A stretch of DNA of 64,000 nucleotides from Rhodosorus marinus CCMP1338 (Eukaryota; Plantae; Rhodophyta), in contig JAMWBK010000002.1 of assembly GCA_029953675.1 (NCBI GenBank), forward strand, positions 868,001-932,000. The letters are read 5' to 3'. The translations under genes and the position numbers were made by a program. Positions 12,841-25,125 of this stretch are shown here, piece by piece. Below the pieces are notes generated by a model. The model was given only the letters and a program-made list of their open reading frames with translations. It was not told where the DNA came from and ran no database searches. The stretch's first letter is position 1. The number at the start of each line of letters is the position of its first letter.

Positions 12841-13699
12841 ATGGGTTTACGAGGGTTGGGCGGGAGGCGGCGGAGCAAGGGGCTTGACAAAGAAGCACAG
12901 CAGGGACAGGAAACTAAGGGTGCGGATGAGTTGGAAGAAGTAGAACAGGTGGAATGTGTAGACTCAGAGCTGGCTGAGGGCGTGGAGAAGGTTGATGTGC
13001 ATGATTCAGTGGAGGACTTCGATGAGGTTGTTTTGCTGGCCCCTGTGAAGGTCTACTCGAACGTACAGAGTAGGCAACTGGGAGTTGACTGGCATGCGCT
13101 GGAAGGAGATAAGGGATTCAGGGTTAAGTTCGCTCTGGATCGGGAGACGCTCAACTCGGTCAGGTCGCTCGTTGATGAGATTGACGTGCCCAGGGATGAG
13201 CTTCAGTGGCACGAGAAAGTTGGATTGAGCTACAAGTACATGCGAAAGCACAAGATGGAAGCACAGTACTCTGGAAAGTATTGCATCTTCGCGGTAAGCT
13301 GTTCAGTAGATCAAGGAATCTGGGGTGCTGGCAAGGGCATTCGCTCAGAGTGTCATTTTCAATCTTTTCTTTCAGACTGTTCCTCCTGAGGACGGTATTT
13401 TCCGGTGCCGAGGGTGTTCGAACTTCCTCTTCAGCAACCGTATGATTGTCAAGTGCAGGTCCCCATACGTATCTTTCCATGACTCCTTCCCGGGCGCACT
13501 GATGGAATCGACACATCCCAGGGCTCATGGATACGATGTCGACTGCTCCATATGCCTGAGCTTCATCGGCCGGGAGGAGCCGGATACTGGTAACTTCCAA
13601 GTCAACTCCGCATCAACGTATTTTCAACCCCTGCAACGACGGGAGATTGGGATGCTTAGCAAAATGTGTAACAATAGATGGAGGTTACTTAGCGCATAG
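12841..13699 (+). CDS. Second MsrB/SelR-like paralog with acidic N-terminal extension (catalytic Cys replaced), 2 exons
   Basis: Exons 12841-13293 and 13376-13699, with a phase-0 intron at the same position as in paralog 1 (after F-A). Motifs: DGIFRCRGC, SF...FPGAL, CSIC..FIG, GNFQVNSAS (resembles RYCINSAS). Confidence 0.75.
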
Positions 13700-15325
13700 G
13701 TGACCTACATTTTCAACGAAATCGCCCTAATTGGGCGAAAAGCTTGATGCCCCGAGTAAGCCTGCAGCACTGGGTCTTAAGGTCTACTAATCGCGCGGAA
13801 GAGGAGTGCTTGTTGCAACGCAAGAGCAACTGCACTGCCAGAAAAGAGCCTCAGCCATGCTCCGCAGCTTGTACTCAAATTTTTGCCGACGACTGAGTGG
13901 CTAAGGTGGAGTTTTGGAGGGGAACGAACACTACTCCATGTTGAGAAGACCTTAATAGCGAGAAAGAATGATCCGAACCTGAACCGAAGGTTCTTTTCTT
14001 ATAAACCGAACGAGAAATTTTGTTATATCAACTTCCCAACGGAATCAATGAGATTTTCCTTGTCCATAGATATTTGAGGGTTTTGATGACTCTCTTCCGG
14101 GGTGGGGAGGTCGTAGAGGAGTGTCCAGGCGCTCTCGTTATGCTGGATGGCCTATTTGAAAACCCAAGGCTTTTGCTTTTGTTGACGTTGAAGCTGCTCA
14201 CCCGATGCGCATATGTTTCCAGAGGGAGTTGGCTCTCAGGTTCGACGCAGCTGCGTTCAGACATGAAGCTCTTCCAGTCCTTAGTGGCGCTCGTCGCTTC
14301 TTTGCTGATAGCAGCATCATGCATTGAAGAGTTTCAGAGCTCATTCCGCATTTGGTGAACGATTCGTAGTCGTGAACAGTAGAATCCATTAATGGCTCCC
14401 GTCTTAAACCAGTTCTGAGCTACGCTCCAGACTACCTCCTTTCATGAATGTTCTTCCCACGAGTTTCGATCCATTCATACTCGCGACGGTGAAGACTACA
14501 AATCTATCCCGCATTCACTTCATAGACCAGGGACAGTGCAAAAAAACGGAAACGGGAATAGTCGAAAACTCTGTTCACTACTGGAGAACTACTAGGCACA
14601 TCTGACGAGCTTGAGGAGAGGTCTGCTGACTAGATAACCCCTTTGCGCCGTCTCTCCAAGCTCTGCGAGGAGCACCTAAACGGAGAGTTTAAAAGCAGAA
14701 AGGGCTACACCTTCGACGAGGTAACGGGTTGTTCTTCTTGCCTCCGCATACAAGCTGACCTCGTTGGAAGAGACCCTGCGTCTCGAATAGTTCGAGCAGG
14801 ATTTCTCGGGAGGATGTCATTGTCTGCAGACTGACACGGCAGGCGCTATGAGAATGTCAAGTTTGCCGAGCTCTTGAGCGGCGTGCTTTTGGAAACATCT
14901 TCTTGTCCACCAGCAGAGCATGAAATAGCCCAAAAGAGATTGCTTGGAATTTGCGTCCGAGGAGTCTACGGCCGCGACTGTGGGTGAGCGGGCGGTTGTG
15001 GCGGTGCGGGCGACCTCTCGAGAATTGGATTGTTGTTTTACTAGTTCAGAAGTTCATATCCTCAACAGTTTTGAGAGAAGTTCATACAGTTGACAGTCAT
15101 ATAATCTGTTCATAGTTGGTTTTTCAAATTGTAGAACTAGACTAGTAATCGAGACAAGTTTCTTTTTGAGTTGATACAGTCGAAAAGTATGCATAATGAA
15201 CCAAGTTGTCGTTGACCAAGTTGATCGAGTTGATAAAATTGAAAGCCTATAGAATCAACGGCATGTCATGAGTTTGGTGTTCGCACAGAGTCAAAAATTG
15301 TAAGTGAGACCAAGCTGAGAGTCTT

Positions 15326-15784
15326 TCAAGTAACTTGTTCTTCGGTCGGACTGCATAGCATATTCACCGACATGATGCTGGACCGGTGGACACTCCGCAT
15401 GTGGCGCTGGAAGTCCGTCTTCTGGAAGAACAGTTTGTTACAGAGGGAACAACCGTGAAGCTTCTCCTTTTCGTGCACGACCCGCACATGCTTCTTACAG
15501 TTACTCTTGTTCCCAAAGGTCTTGCCGCAATACTTGCACTCAGATTTCTTCGCCTGCTGGTGCACGTTCGCAATGTGGACGTTCAAGTGGCTGCTCTGTT
15601 TGAACAGCTTCCCACAAGTCTTGCACTCGTACGGCCTCAACTGGTCGTGAATCCCAAGAATATGCCGATCCACATAGAACTTCCTCGAGAAGCTCACCCC
15701 ACAATAATGGCAGAGGTACCTCGGCTGTGGCTGAGCCTTCGGTTCCTCGCACAAGGAAACATGATTATCAATTATCAACGCCAT
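15326..15784 (-). CDS. C2H2 zinc finger transcription factor (4 fingers), intronless
   Basis: Four C-x2-C-x12-H-x4-H fingers (CHYC, CKTC, CKYC, CSLC) with a RPYEC linker; ATG at 15784. Confidence 0.92.
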   Translation of the reverse strand: MALIIDNHVSLCEEPKAQPQPRYLCHYCGVSFSRKFYVDRHILGIHDQLRPYECKTCGKLFKQSSHLNVHIANVHQQAKKSECKYCGKTFGNKSNCKKHVRVVHEKEKLHGCSLCNKLFFQKTDFQRHMRSVHRSSIMSVNMLCSPTEEQVT

Positions 15785-18700
15785 CTCCTACAAAAGCACC
15801 ACCCACGAAAAAAACTCCGATCATCCAAACACAAACCCCCTCCTCCCAAGCCTGAAACCTTCCGTCCAAGCTTTCCACCCAACACTCTACACCTCAAAAC
15901 CCACTTCACCCTAACTCAACGCACATCCTCCCCCCACCGCCCTTCATCACCATATTCTTCCCTCACTACACTCCCCAACCTTGCTATCAAACACCCACTG
16001 CACTCTAAATTCCATTACCACCACGCCTCATTAACTCCTCTTTCCATTATAATGATCATTCCCACCCTCTTCCACAACAGGCTCCACCCCCAATGGAAAC
16101 CATCAGAAAAAGAGAGTGTGAGAGAGAGAGAGAGGAAGAGAGTCTCACATCAAGCCCTTCCCCAAGTAAAAACTCTTTTTCTCTTAAAAAGTACTATCAT
16201 ACATCAACAAGAAGATTAAATATTAGTACTTATTTAAGGATAATGCATTATTTTATCTATATTCCGGGTTTTTCTTTTATTTTAGACATATAATATATCC
16301 AATCTAGCTGAACTTTTTATGCATATCTTAGCCCTTTTCGACTTTATTGGTTTTGTTGAAATATTCACGTAGCCATTTATTCACGTCGTCTGTTTCCGTC
16401 GTACCAATCAATCTGTTTCTAAACACCTCGGTAATCCAATAAAAACGGGTTACGTTGGTAGGGTATAATTTATTGTTGAAGAAAATTATCCTGTTGGTCT
16501 TTTTTTAGCTAAAAAGATAATATAGCAGAGAGGAGAAAAAGATGGTGTGGGAAGGGGAGGGAGGGGGGTGGGGAAGGAGTTGGAAGCAGTTGAACAGATG
16601 TAGAACTTTTATTTTTAGGAAGTTTAATCGTACATGAGTTTTTGGAGTTTGTGAATTTCTATTTTCTTGGTAGAAGGGGGGGGGGAGGAAAGGGAAGGAA
16701 CTTTTTTATGTATTTTAATCTTCATTAGACCGAAAGACGATTTTCTTGCGTGTCGATTGAAGTGGAACACACCAATTGCTTCCCAGATTTCAAAGAAATA
16801 GTTACGGAAAAAGAAGTTGAACGAAATACCTACAAGCGCAAGGGGATGGATTTTTTTGTATAGAACGGTGAAAACGAATTCGTTCCCTGTGCCAAGATTC
16901 GACCCTTCTTTCCTTCAAACGGGGCTTTACTTCCTCTCCGACCTCCCCCAGGGCTGTTAAGTTGCAGACCTCTTCATGCACGCCTGGAATTTCGTCTACC
17001 AGAGGCGGAAGCCAGACCAAGGCAATGAACAAATGCTTGTAAAGAAAACCATTTTCAGATCTTACGCTAATAAGTTAGCCTATATCGCCCAGTGATGGCA
17101 AAAACCCCTGCCCTCTAAGGTTCCCCTTTCCTCCTCCCTCCTCCACCATCTCCCTCTCATTACCCCTCGGTATAATCAATTGCCCCAACAATCTTCAAGC
17201 AACACACGAATCTCCAGGGGCAAGAATATTGTTGCCGAGGTAAACATAGAAAACCAAACAAGGCGATAAAAACTTTCGCGAGGTACCAGCTTCTCTTCAT
17301 CCGTAGCCTAGTAGGGTCCTGTTTACCAGAGAAAATACTGGATTCGTCGTATTTTTTTTTGTTCTTTACCATTGCCAACGTCGTCTATCGTATGTCATAT
17401 CGTTTTATATGATATATGCGCGTTTTGGTTGTAGACTTTGAGAATAGAATTTTATACTGTTGTAGAAAATTATGTTTTTTAAACGGACTTTTCCATGTCC
17501 ATCAAAAATATGCTTCCATAAATTAGAGATATCATCCAGAGTATGGGAATCAGTATACGAGAATAGCGCTGAAGGCCGATTTTTAGGATTGAACAAGGAC
17601 AAGTCTATATTCTAGAATCATCTCTGAAATCCGCAAACACGAAGGTGACTGGCCAGAAAAAAGGCTCGAAATTATTTTTAATAACAAAACTCAAATTGGG
17701 ATCTTTTGCGGAAGTGGAAGGGAGTCGTTTTACTTCTCTAGCCAATAGAAAGTCTATCGCGTCTGGAGCCAAATTCCACTTCCTCGATGTTATCGAATAA
17801 ATTAATATATATAAAATAGTTTCTCTTTAAACAGGATGATATTTGTGATTATTTTCATTGGTATATCGAGATGATGTACTATGACAAAATCGAATCATGT
17901 CCTTGGAACAATTCTAGACGTGATACGCGACATTGTTAACTCGATAGAAAGGGGCCCTATGCTTCGTCATTGGAAGATAGATCATATGTATATTCTTATA
18001 ATATACCGCTTTTCATATATAAAAAAACAAGGAGAGGAATGTTTTTAATGATTGGGAGATATCCGATCGAGGGTTCCCATTCCACAAAACAATTTTGGAG
18101 GGACAGGCGATTTTGATAATGTCCGAATTTTTTTGGTTTCTTTGTTTCAGGATGGGATCAATAAAATTTCAAGTTTTTACGAGGATCATTTTTTGCAAAT
18201 GGCGTGTATTTCCTGTAAAGTCAGCCATTATCCCCCGCCTGTTTTTCAGTGCAGAAGCGCCCTTGGCCTTTTTTTTTTTTTTTTTCTTGGAACGGAATTT
18301 TTTTTCTTCTGGGGGTGTGGGGATGGAGAGTGCGAGCGTGTCGGGTTTAGGGACACTTGTTTCTCTCTTTCGTTTTTTTTTTTTTAGCCTTTGTACGTAT
18401 AGTGGCATTGGGCGCTCTCTCAAGAGCGGCTCCAGCAATAACTTTTTCTCTGATGGAGCGCGATGGGCGAGGGTGAGGGTAGGAATGGTTTGGATTAGTG
18501 TACTGGACACACGTGCGGTAGCCAATTCTCCTTCAGAACAGGAGTCCCACCTTTGTCTATGGGCTCTCACAGACGGTACTAAGCCGCTAGGGTGTAGGTT
18601 GTGCTAGAATTGGCACCTTAGTGTTGGAGTCGTCGAATGCTTGGCGACCTAGAGACAGAGTAGGAGTTGGGCGAGGTTAGTTTCGGTTTTAACCTTTTTC

Positions 18701-19186
18701 GTCCCCGTGATGGAGTCACTCGATTAGCGATTGAATTTGCTATGATCGCGAGAGAAAAAGCATCAACAAGTCGTCGTGTTTCTTTGAGATTCCCCTTTCC
18801 ATCAACGCACGGCGACAGCGAGGTTGGAAAGTAATGTCCCCGAGCGGTTACTCTGGTGAGATCTATCTGTCTTCAAAGTTAACCTCATCCATGACGGCGA
18901 ACGATGGATTGAGAATGGGATCAGCTCACGTTGGTTGCAATGCCGGGTTATCATCTCCCCTCTATTTTGGACCGTTTCGTACAAGCGTGCCTCATTGCAG
19001 CTGGGGTTGCCTCAGGGATCTGTGCATGGAATATCTAATTGCTGAGAGTGAATCCCAACCTGCATTTCGTACTCTTGATGCTTGTCGGCAGTACTTGATG
19101 TATTTATTCACAGATTGATAAGTTGGAACAGGGCCTAAGTGAAGTCAAAAGTGACCAACAGCGACGGCCTTCGCAATCCCTCGTCA

Positions 19187-22100
19187 CTAGGTCGTCCGTC
19201 CCTTCGATTTCTGCTGTGTGCCCACTAGGTCGGAGAACGCCGATTTTCGGCGAAGCAAGGAGGCCGGTGACTCGTACTCCTCCACCAAGCCATTCTTCAT
19301 GACAGCCACTCTGTCTGAATCGATGATTGTGTTAATACGATGAGCAATGGTTAGAACCGTGCTCCCCTTGAACTCGGATCGGATTGTCTTCTGCACAATC
19401 GCATCAGTCTCAACATCAACATTCGCGGTCGCCTCGTCCATCACGAGAATCTTTGGATTCCGAACAATCGCCCTCGCGATACAGAATAGCTGCCTCTGCC
19501 CAAGGGAGAAGTTCTCTCCACCCTCAACTACTTCGGCGTCAAGTCCACCTACATATCGCAAACACGACATACATACACACGTTTTTAGTTCTGTAGAAAG
19601 GACACGCAAGCGTTTTCGCAAGCTCTGAACATATCTGTACTAACCAGAAAGGTTGGCAATGACCTCCTTCAGCTGAACCAGCTCCAGTGCGTTCCAAAGC
19701 TCAGCATCAGTCTTTGTATGGAAAGGATCTATGTTCAGCCGAACATTCCCCGAAAAAATAATCGGGTCTTGCGGAATCATGCCGAGCTTCGAGCGCAAAT
19801 CCTTCAAGCCAATGGTGCTGATGTCTATGCCGTCGATTAAGATACTCCCTTCTGCTTTCTCGACCAAGCGGAACAAGGAAACCGTCAAGGACGACTTCCC
19901 TGAACCTGTCCTTCCAGCTATCCCGACCTTCCAGAGCGGGTCTACTGAAAGATCAACTCCCTTCAGAACCAAGTCAAGCTCCGGTCGGTATCTCATTTTG
20001 AAGTCTTTGAATTCCACCCGACCTTGATCGGGCCAGTTGTCCGGTGGTCTATTGTCCGGAATAATTGGTTCAGCTTCTCGCTCAACATCCTTCGAATATT
20101 CAACTTGACGTTCCACGCTCGTAAGCTTAGTTTCCATGTCAACTGCTCCGCGGACCATAAACGCAGTGACGCCAGTGACGGATATCGTATATGTCAGCAA
20201 TAGCCCGGCCTGCGACGCATTTAGCCCAATCACAGCAGCATCGCGGGAAGCTACTACGAGGCATCCTACAGCAAGAAGAATGAAGAGCGACACCATCTCA
20301 AGCCGAAACTGCAACCACCGCATTGCCACCTGCAGAATATAGTATGCAGCATTCGCATCATCCTGTTTATGGTGGTTTTCTGCACAGGCCTCCGCACTCC
20401 GACCGTAAGCGCGAATTGTACTAATACCATGAGGCGAAAACGCTTCCGTTAGCTAAGCTCCTCAAGCTATCAGTAGGGTGTACCTTCAATTACCTGGTGC
20501 CATACAGAGACTCCGAAAAATGGGCATAGATCGGGCTACGCTGAATTGATTCAATTCTCTGTAGTTCTCTCGAGGTTCTGCGGTAGTACCACTGCACTGT
20601 CCAGTACCCCAGCAAAATGAACGGCAACGCAATGAGGAACCATGGCAGGAATACCACTACAAGAATATACACACCAATCATGTTCAGAATGAGGAAAAAT
20701 TGGTTGTCCATAACCGGAGGTAAAAGAATATCGACAGCATCTGTGTCCTTCGAAAACCGGTTCAGAATTCGACCCAACGGTGTAGTGTCAAAGAACACCA
20801 TCGGGGCTCTCAATACATTCTGGAGCATATCGTTGTGAAGGCATTTAGCAGCCTTCGTAGAGAAGTATGCGAAAAACGTTGATCGGGTAACAGCAAGCAG
20901 CCCGAGGATAACTCCGAACATTCCGTATATCCCAGCGTAGAAACCTAAGCGCGCTTGAGTACCTTCCAAGTCCACCACAAATTGATTTGACCAGTACGTC
21001 AGCCACAAGTCGGGTGCCATGTTAGACAATTGGGCCATACAATAGATGACAAGCATAGAAATGGCATAAAACAGTCCACCTAATTGCAACGGTTTCAAGG
21101 GCAGTGGGTTTCAGATAAGTGCGCTTCCAGACAGCCGGCTGAGACGGACAGCTTGATATTCCTCCCAGCAATGATTCCTCACCTCCTGCACGGAAGTAGT
21201 CCAACCAAACGGCTTGAGAGATTCCGCCATGAGCTCTTGCTTCGGTGTTCACCAAGTGACCATCCTGCTTCTCTTCCTCCTTCGTTGCGATCATGTCCAT
21301 GGTCTGCATGAGGTTCTCCATATCCGTTCCTTTGTCTGCCTCAGACGTTTCTGTATCATATTTTGTCACAGTTGCCTGCAGAGTTGCTCCAAAGGCTTCC
21401 ATGATCTGGAAAAGCTGTGTTCCTGGATACAACACGAAGGGAAATAGTTTTCAGTTTAAGGGCTGCATGGGCCTGAGTGCACGTCAAAGATGACTTCTCG
21501 TCAGAAAAGGTTGCTTACCTTCCCTGTTCAGTTCCGCAAACGTTCCAACATCAACAATTCGACCACCCTTCATAACGTAAACCCTATCGGTGTAGGGCAG
21601 GAACTGAAGCTGGTTCGTCACGAGAATTCTCGTCTTCTTGCGAAGTTGCTTGGCGAAGCATTCCCGGAACATCTGTTCTCCAACGTGTGCATCGACTGCA
21701 GACAAAGGGTCATCAAGTATATATATGTCGGCGTTTGTGTATACGGCTCTCGCGACAGACACACGTTGTTTTTGGCCTCCAGAGAGATTGATCCCTTTCT
21801 CTCCGATCTCTGTCAGATCTCCGGCAGGGAGGGTCTCAAGATCAGATTCGAGGGCGGTTGAATGGATTGTTTTGGAGTACATCGTGTCGTCGTAAGCCTC
21901 TCCGAAAATGATGTTACTTCGAAGCGTGTCGTTGAAAATCCAAGGCGTCTGGGCTGCATATGCGACGGAACCTCGCACGTCGACGCTTCCCTTAGAGTCC
22001 AAAAGGATTAGAACGTGAGGTTGGCGGTTAGGACAGATTTTCTTGTCAGATTCAAGATCAGGGTCCACACTACCTCAAGCTTCGAAATTTCACCCAGCAT

Positions 22101-24041
22101 CGCCGAGACCAAGGAAGATTTTCCACTGCCGACCGCTCCAACAATTGCCACGAATTCCCCAGGTTCCACTGTGAAGTTGATGTTTTTCAGTTCATACGCA
22201 TCTTCGTCCACCGCTTCATCTACTGCATCTACTTCATCTAGTTCCTCTAGTTCCTCTTGTTCCTCTTGTTCCTCTTGTTCCTCTTGTTCCTCTACTTCCT
22301 CTACTTCCTCTACTTCCTCTACTTCCTCTACTTCCTCTACTTCCTCTACTTCCTCCACCTCATCCTCCGCTGGAGCTTGGTCCGTAGACCCTCTTCGCCT
22401 TCGGAATAATCCTCGCTTCTTCTTCTGAGGCTTCTCCCGTGACTTTTCCTGTCGCTTCATCCTGCTCAGAGAATCATCATGATCTGGGATGAAAAAGAGT
22501 TGACATCAGAGTTTAGAACACAGCGGAACCTAACCGGTTGACACGAAACTAAATGTTCGATCAGGTTATACCTTTTCTCCACATGAAGCGACCTTCCACT
22601 ATCTCCACCCGTCCGCCCTCAGGGCTCCCCTCTTTGTCTGTCCAATTTCGATCCTCATCGTTCATCTGGCCGGCTTCCAGCAGAGCCGAGAGGCGTTTGT
22701 TCGACACCTTCAGCTGCGCGAGCTGGGTCACGAGCATGGGCAGCAGCAGAAGTGGGAACCTTAACACGTTCATGTACCCAATAGCTGGGAATACGACTTC
22801 CGGAGTCAGGATATTACCCTGCGCAGAATAAATCACGAGCACAACAATTGCAATAATTGACGGCAGCGCGGAGAACATTCCAAAGTTGATCCCCCGAAGG
22901 ATTGATGTCTTCAAGATTGCCTTAACCTCCTTCGCGCGGACCTCTTGAATTCTCTCTTCAAACGAATCCTCCCAAGCATACAATTTGATGGCCTTTATGC
23001 CCTGCAGCACTTCGTTCATCAGTTTGACTCTTACATCTGAGTGTACCATAACCTCCTTCCGCAGCGAATTTGCCCAGAGGAACATCTTTCCTTGCAGCGG
23101 GATTGTCAGAATCATCAGTCCAAGACCTGCTAGAGCTGCAACTCCGACGAGACGAATCAGCAGGGCGAGGCCTATGATGATTACCAAAGGCCCGGACCAC
23201 AGTTGCTGGAGAAACTGCGTAACCTCAACATATCTAGTGAAGGCATTGAAGGACATCCAGTTAGCTATCTAGTCGCGCATGCGCTAGTGGTTCTGCGACA
23301 CGCTTCCTCACCTTTGCGTGTCGTTGCTCATTAAGTTCACGATTTCTCCCACCGTGACGTTCTGCCTAGAGCTATTACTCAAGTTCGTGCTCTTCTTAAA
23401 AACAGCCGCTGTCAAAGCAGCGCGACAGCTTATTCCCATTTTGTACATTATAAGGAAAGAATGACTCTGACATACACCCAACCCGACCCACTGGCCAAAC
23501 GCGAGGATGATCTATTTGCAACGAATACCGGTGAATTGTTGTCAGCGATTATTTCAGGTTGGGGGACGACTGCACTGGAAGATTGGGTGAGACGTACCAC
23601 ATACAAGTACCCAAGTCCGGGGGATATGGATGGGTCTCCCAGGAAGATAGTTATTTGTTGGATGAGCGTCGGAGCTGATAAGTTGTATGCTTGAGACACA
23701 AGCATAAACATGGCTGCCACCGCAAACATTCTCCTGTGAAGCTTCATAAATACTCGGCTAAGCGAGGGCGCCGGATCAAGGTCCTGCTCCCTCCGAGCGG
23801 CCTTCCGCTTCTCGTACTCTTCTTCGAACTCAGATTCTCGGAAGCTAGCAGCCTCACTTTTAGGAATATCCCATATGTCCTCTGGATTCAGCTGTCTTTT
23901 CGCACCCCGCTTAATCAGCGGATTAATCCATGAATACGAAAACCTTGACAGCCATGACGCACTGTCCGGTCCGGGTCCAGGAGGCCCTGGAAGTTCATCT
24001 TCCACCTCCCGCTTCCTTCCGAAACACTTAAACATCTCCAT
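19187..24041 (-). CDS. ABC transporter subfamily C (MRP-like, short form without TMD0), 9 exons
   Basis: TMD1-NBD1-TMD2-NBD2 layout. NBD1 has [17 protein letters not shown] and DDPLSAVD; NBD2 has [17 protein letters not shown] and MDEATANVD. Eight canonical GT-AG introns join in phase. Confidence 0.95.
22219..22365 (-). repeat. Coding 9-bp tandem repeat encoding (EEV)7(EEQ)4(EEL)2 within ABCC NBD1
   Basis: Plus-strand units ttcctctag, ttcctcttg and ttcctctac are seen directly, in frame in the ABCC exon. Confidence 0.95.
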
Positions 24042-24704
24042 TTCCTCTCAACCCCCTTCTGCCGGGCTAAGGAAACTGCCACCCACCCCCCTCCCAGATA
24101 GTCTCAGAAAACCCTCTCTCCCAACCACGTCCAAAACTCGTTCAACCGCTTCCCCCTCCGTTCCCATCAATCCTTCACGCAACTTCTATCAAACCTCAAG
24201 ACTTTCTCCCCTACACCTCCAGCTCGCCCCATGGCTCAGGACCACGCGGCCGCTCTTGGCTGGTGGCTTTATAAACCCTGACCAATTGCCCGGAGCATTT
24301 CTCAGCCAAGAAAATCCACTGGATTGGAAAACACGACCACCCCGAGGATCCCGACACTCCCATTTCTCTCCTTTTTTACAGCTGACCACATTTATGATTA
24401 CTTCTCCCCTCTAAAAACATTCGCGAGATGAATATTTGTAATAAATGGATTCACATCGGGAGGGCCTCAGCATCACTACCCCCAATAGTTCCGCACTGTG
24501 CAGTGGAGCTTCTCGTCTCTAGCTAGGTTGGACAGGCCCACGCATTCTCATTCTCGGCCGAAAAGTTTCCGGTTTTAATAATTCTGTTGGGTGCCGCAGT
24601 TGTTCAGGGGGTTGAAAATTGAGAACCAGGGAAAATGGAATGTTTTTGCAGCATTAGAGAGTAACGGGTGATGAGAAAACAAGGGAGGAGGGGGGGGGGA
24701 ATTG

Positions 24705-25125
24705 GGGGTGGGACTTGACCGCCTTATCTAGATGTTGCTGACTTCTGCGTGGATGCCTTTCAGTTCACTTTTTGAGACGCTTTTTGTTGGTTGATTCAAG
24801 TGAGCCCCTCCGGACGGATTCTTTTTTGGGGATATTTTGAACTTGATTTAGAAAGTTATGGGTGCAAATTGTTTGGTAACTAAAAGAACATCATTATGGG
24901 CTGCGGGAAGGCTTTCTGTGGATTATTGGGGAAACAAGGTGGGGTTGTTGGGGTTGAGACTGGGGCGTCTTGTCTAGATTTTGCTGACTTCTGCGTGGAT
25001 GCCTATTAGTTCAGTTCTTGAGATTTTTTTTTTGCTGGTTGATGGAGGTCAGCCCCTCCTGACGGACTCTTTTTGGGGATATTCTAATCTTGATTTAGAA
25101 AATTATGGAAATTGTTTGGTAATGA
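24705..25125. repeat. Near-tandem direct duplication of ~160-170 bp (about 24705-24880 and 24950-25125)
   Basis: Both copies carry tctaga..ttgctgacttctgcgtggatgcct..agttca...agcccctcc(g/t)gacgga(t/c)tc..tttggggatatt...cttgatttagaaa(g/a)ttatgg..aaattgtttggtaa. Confidence 0.9.

Noticed and set aside
15386-16219. 277-aa plus-strand ORF
   Set aside because: It is the antisense shadow of the zinc finger gene plus its C-rich leader.
20425-20505. Apparent non-canonical (GC..TG) intron in ABCC at YG|ISTIR
   Set aside because: A canonical solution exists (cag|gtaatt ... attag|t) that gives LYGTSTIRAYG.
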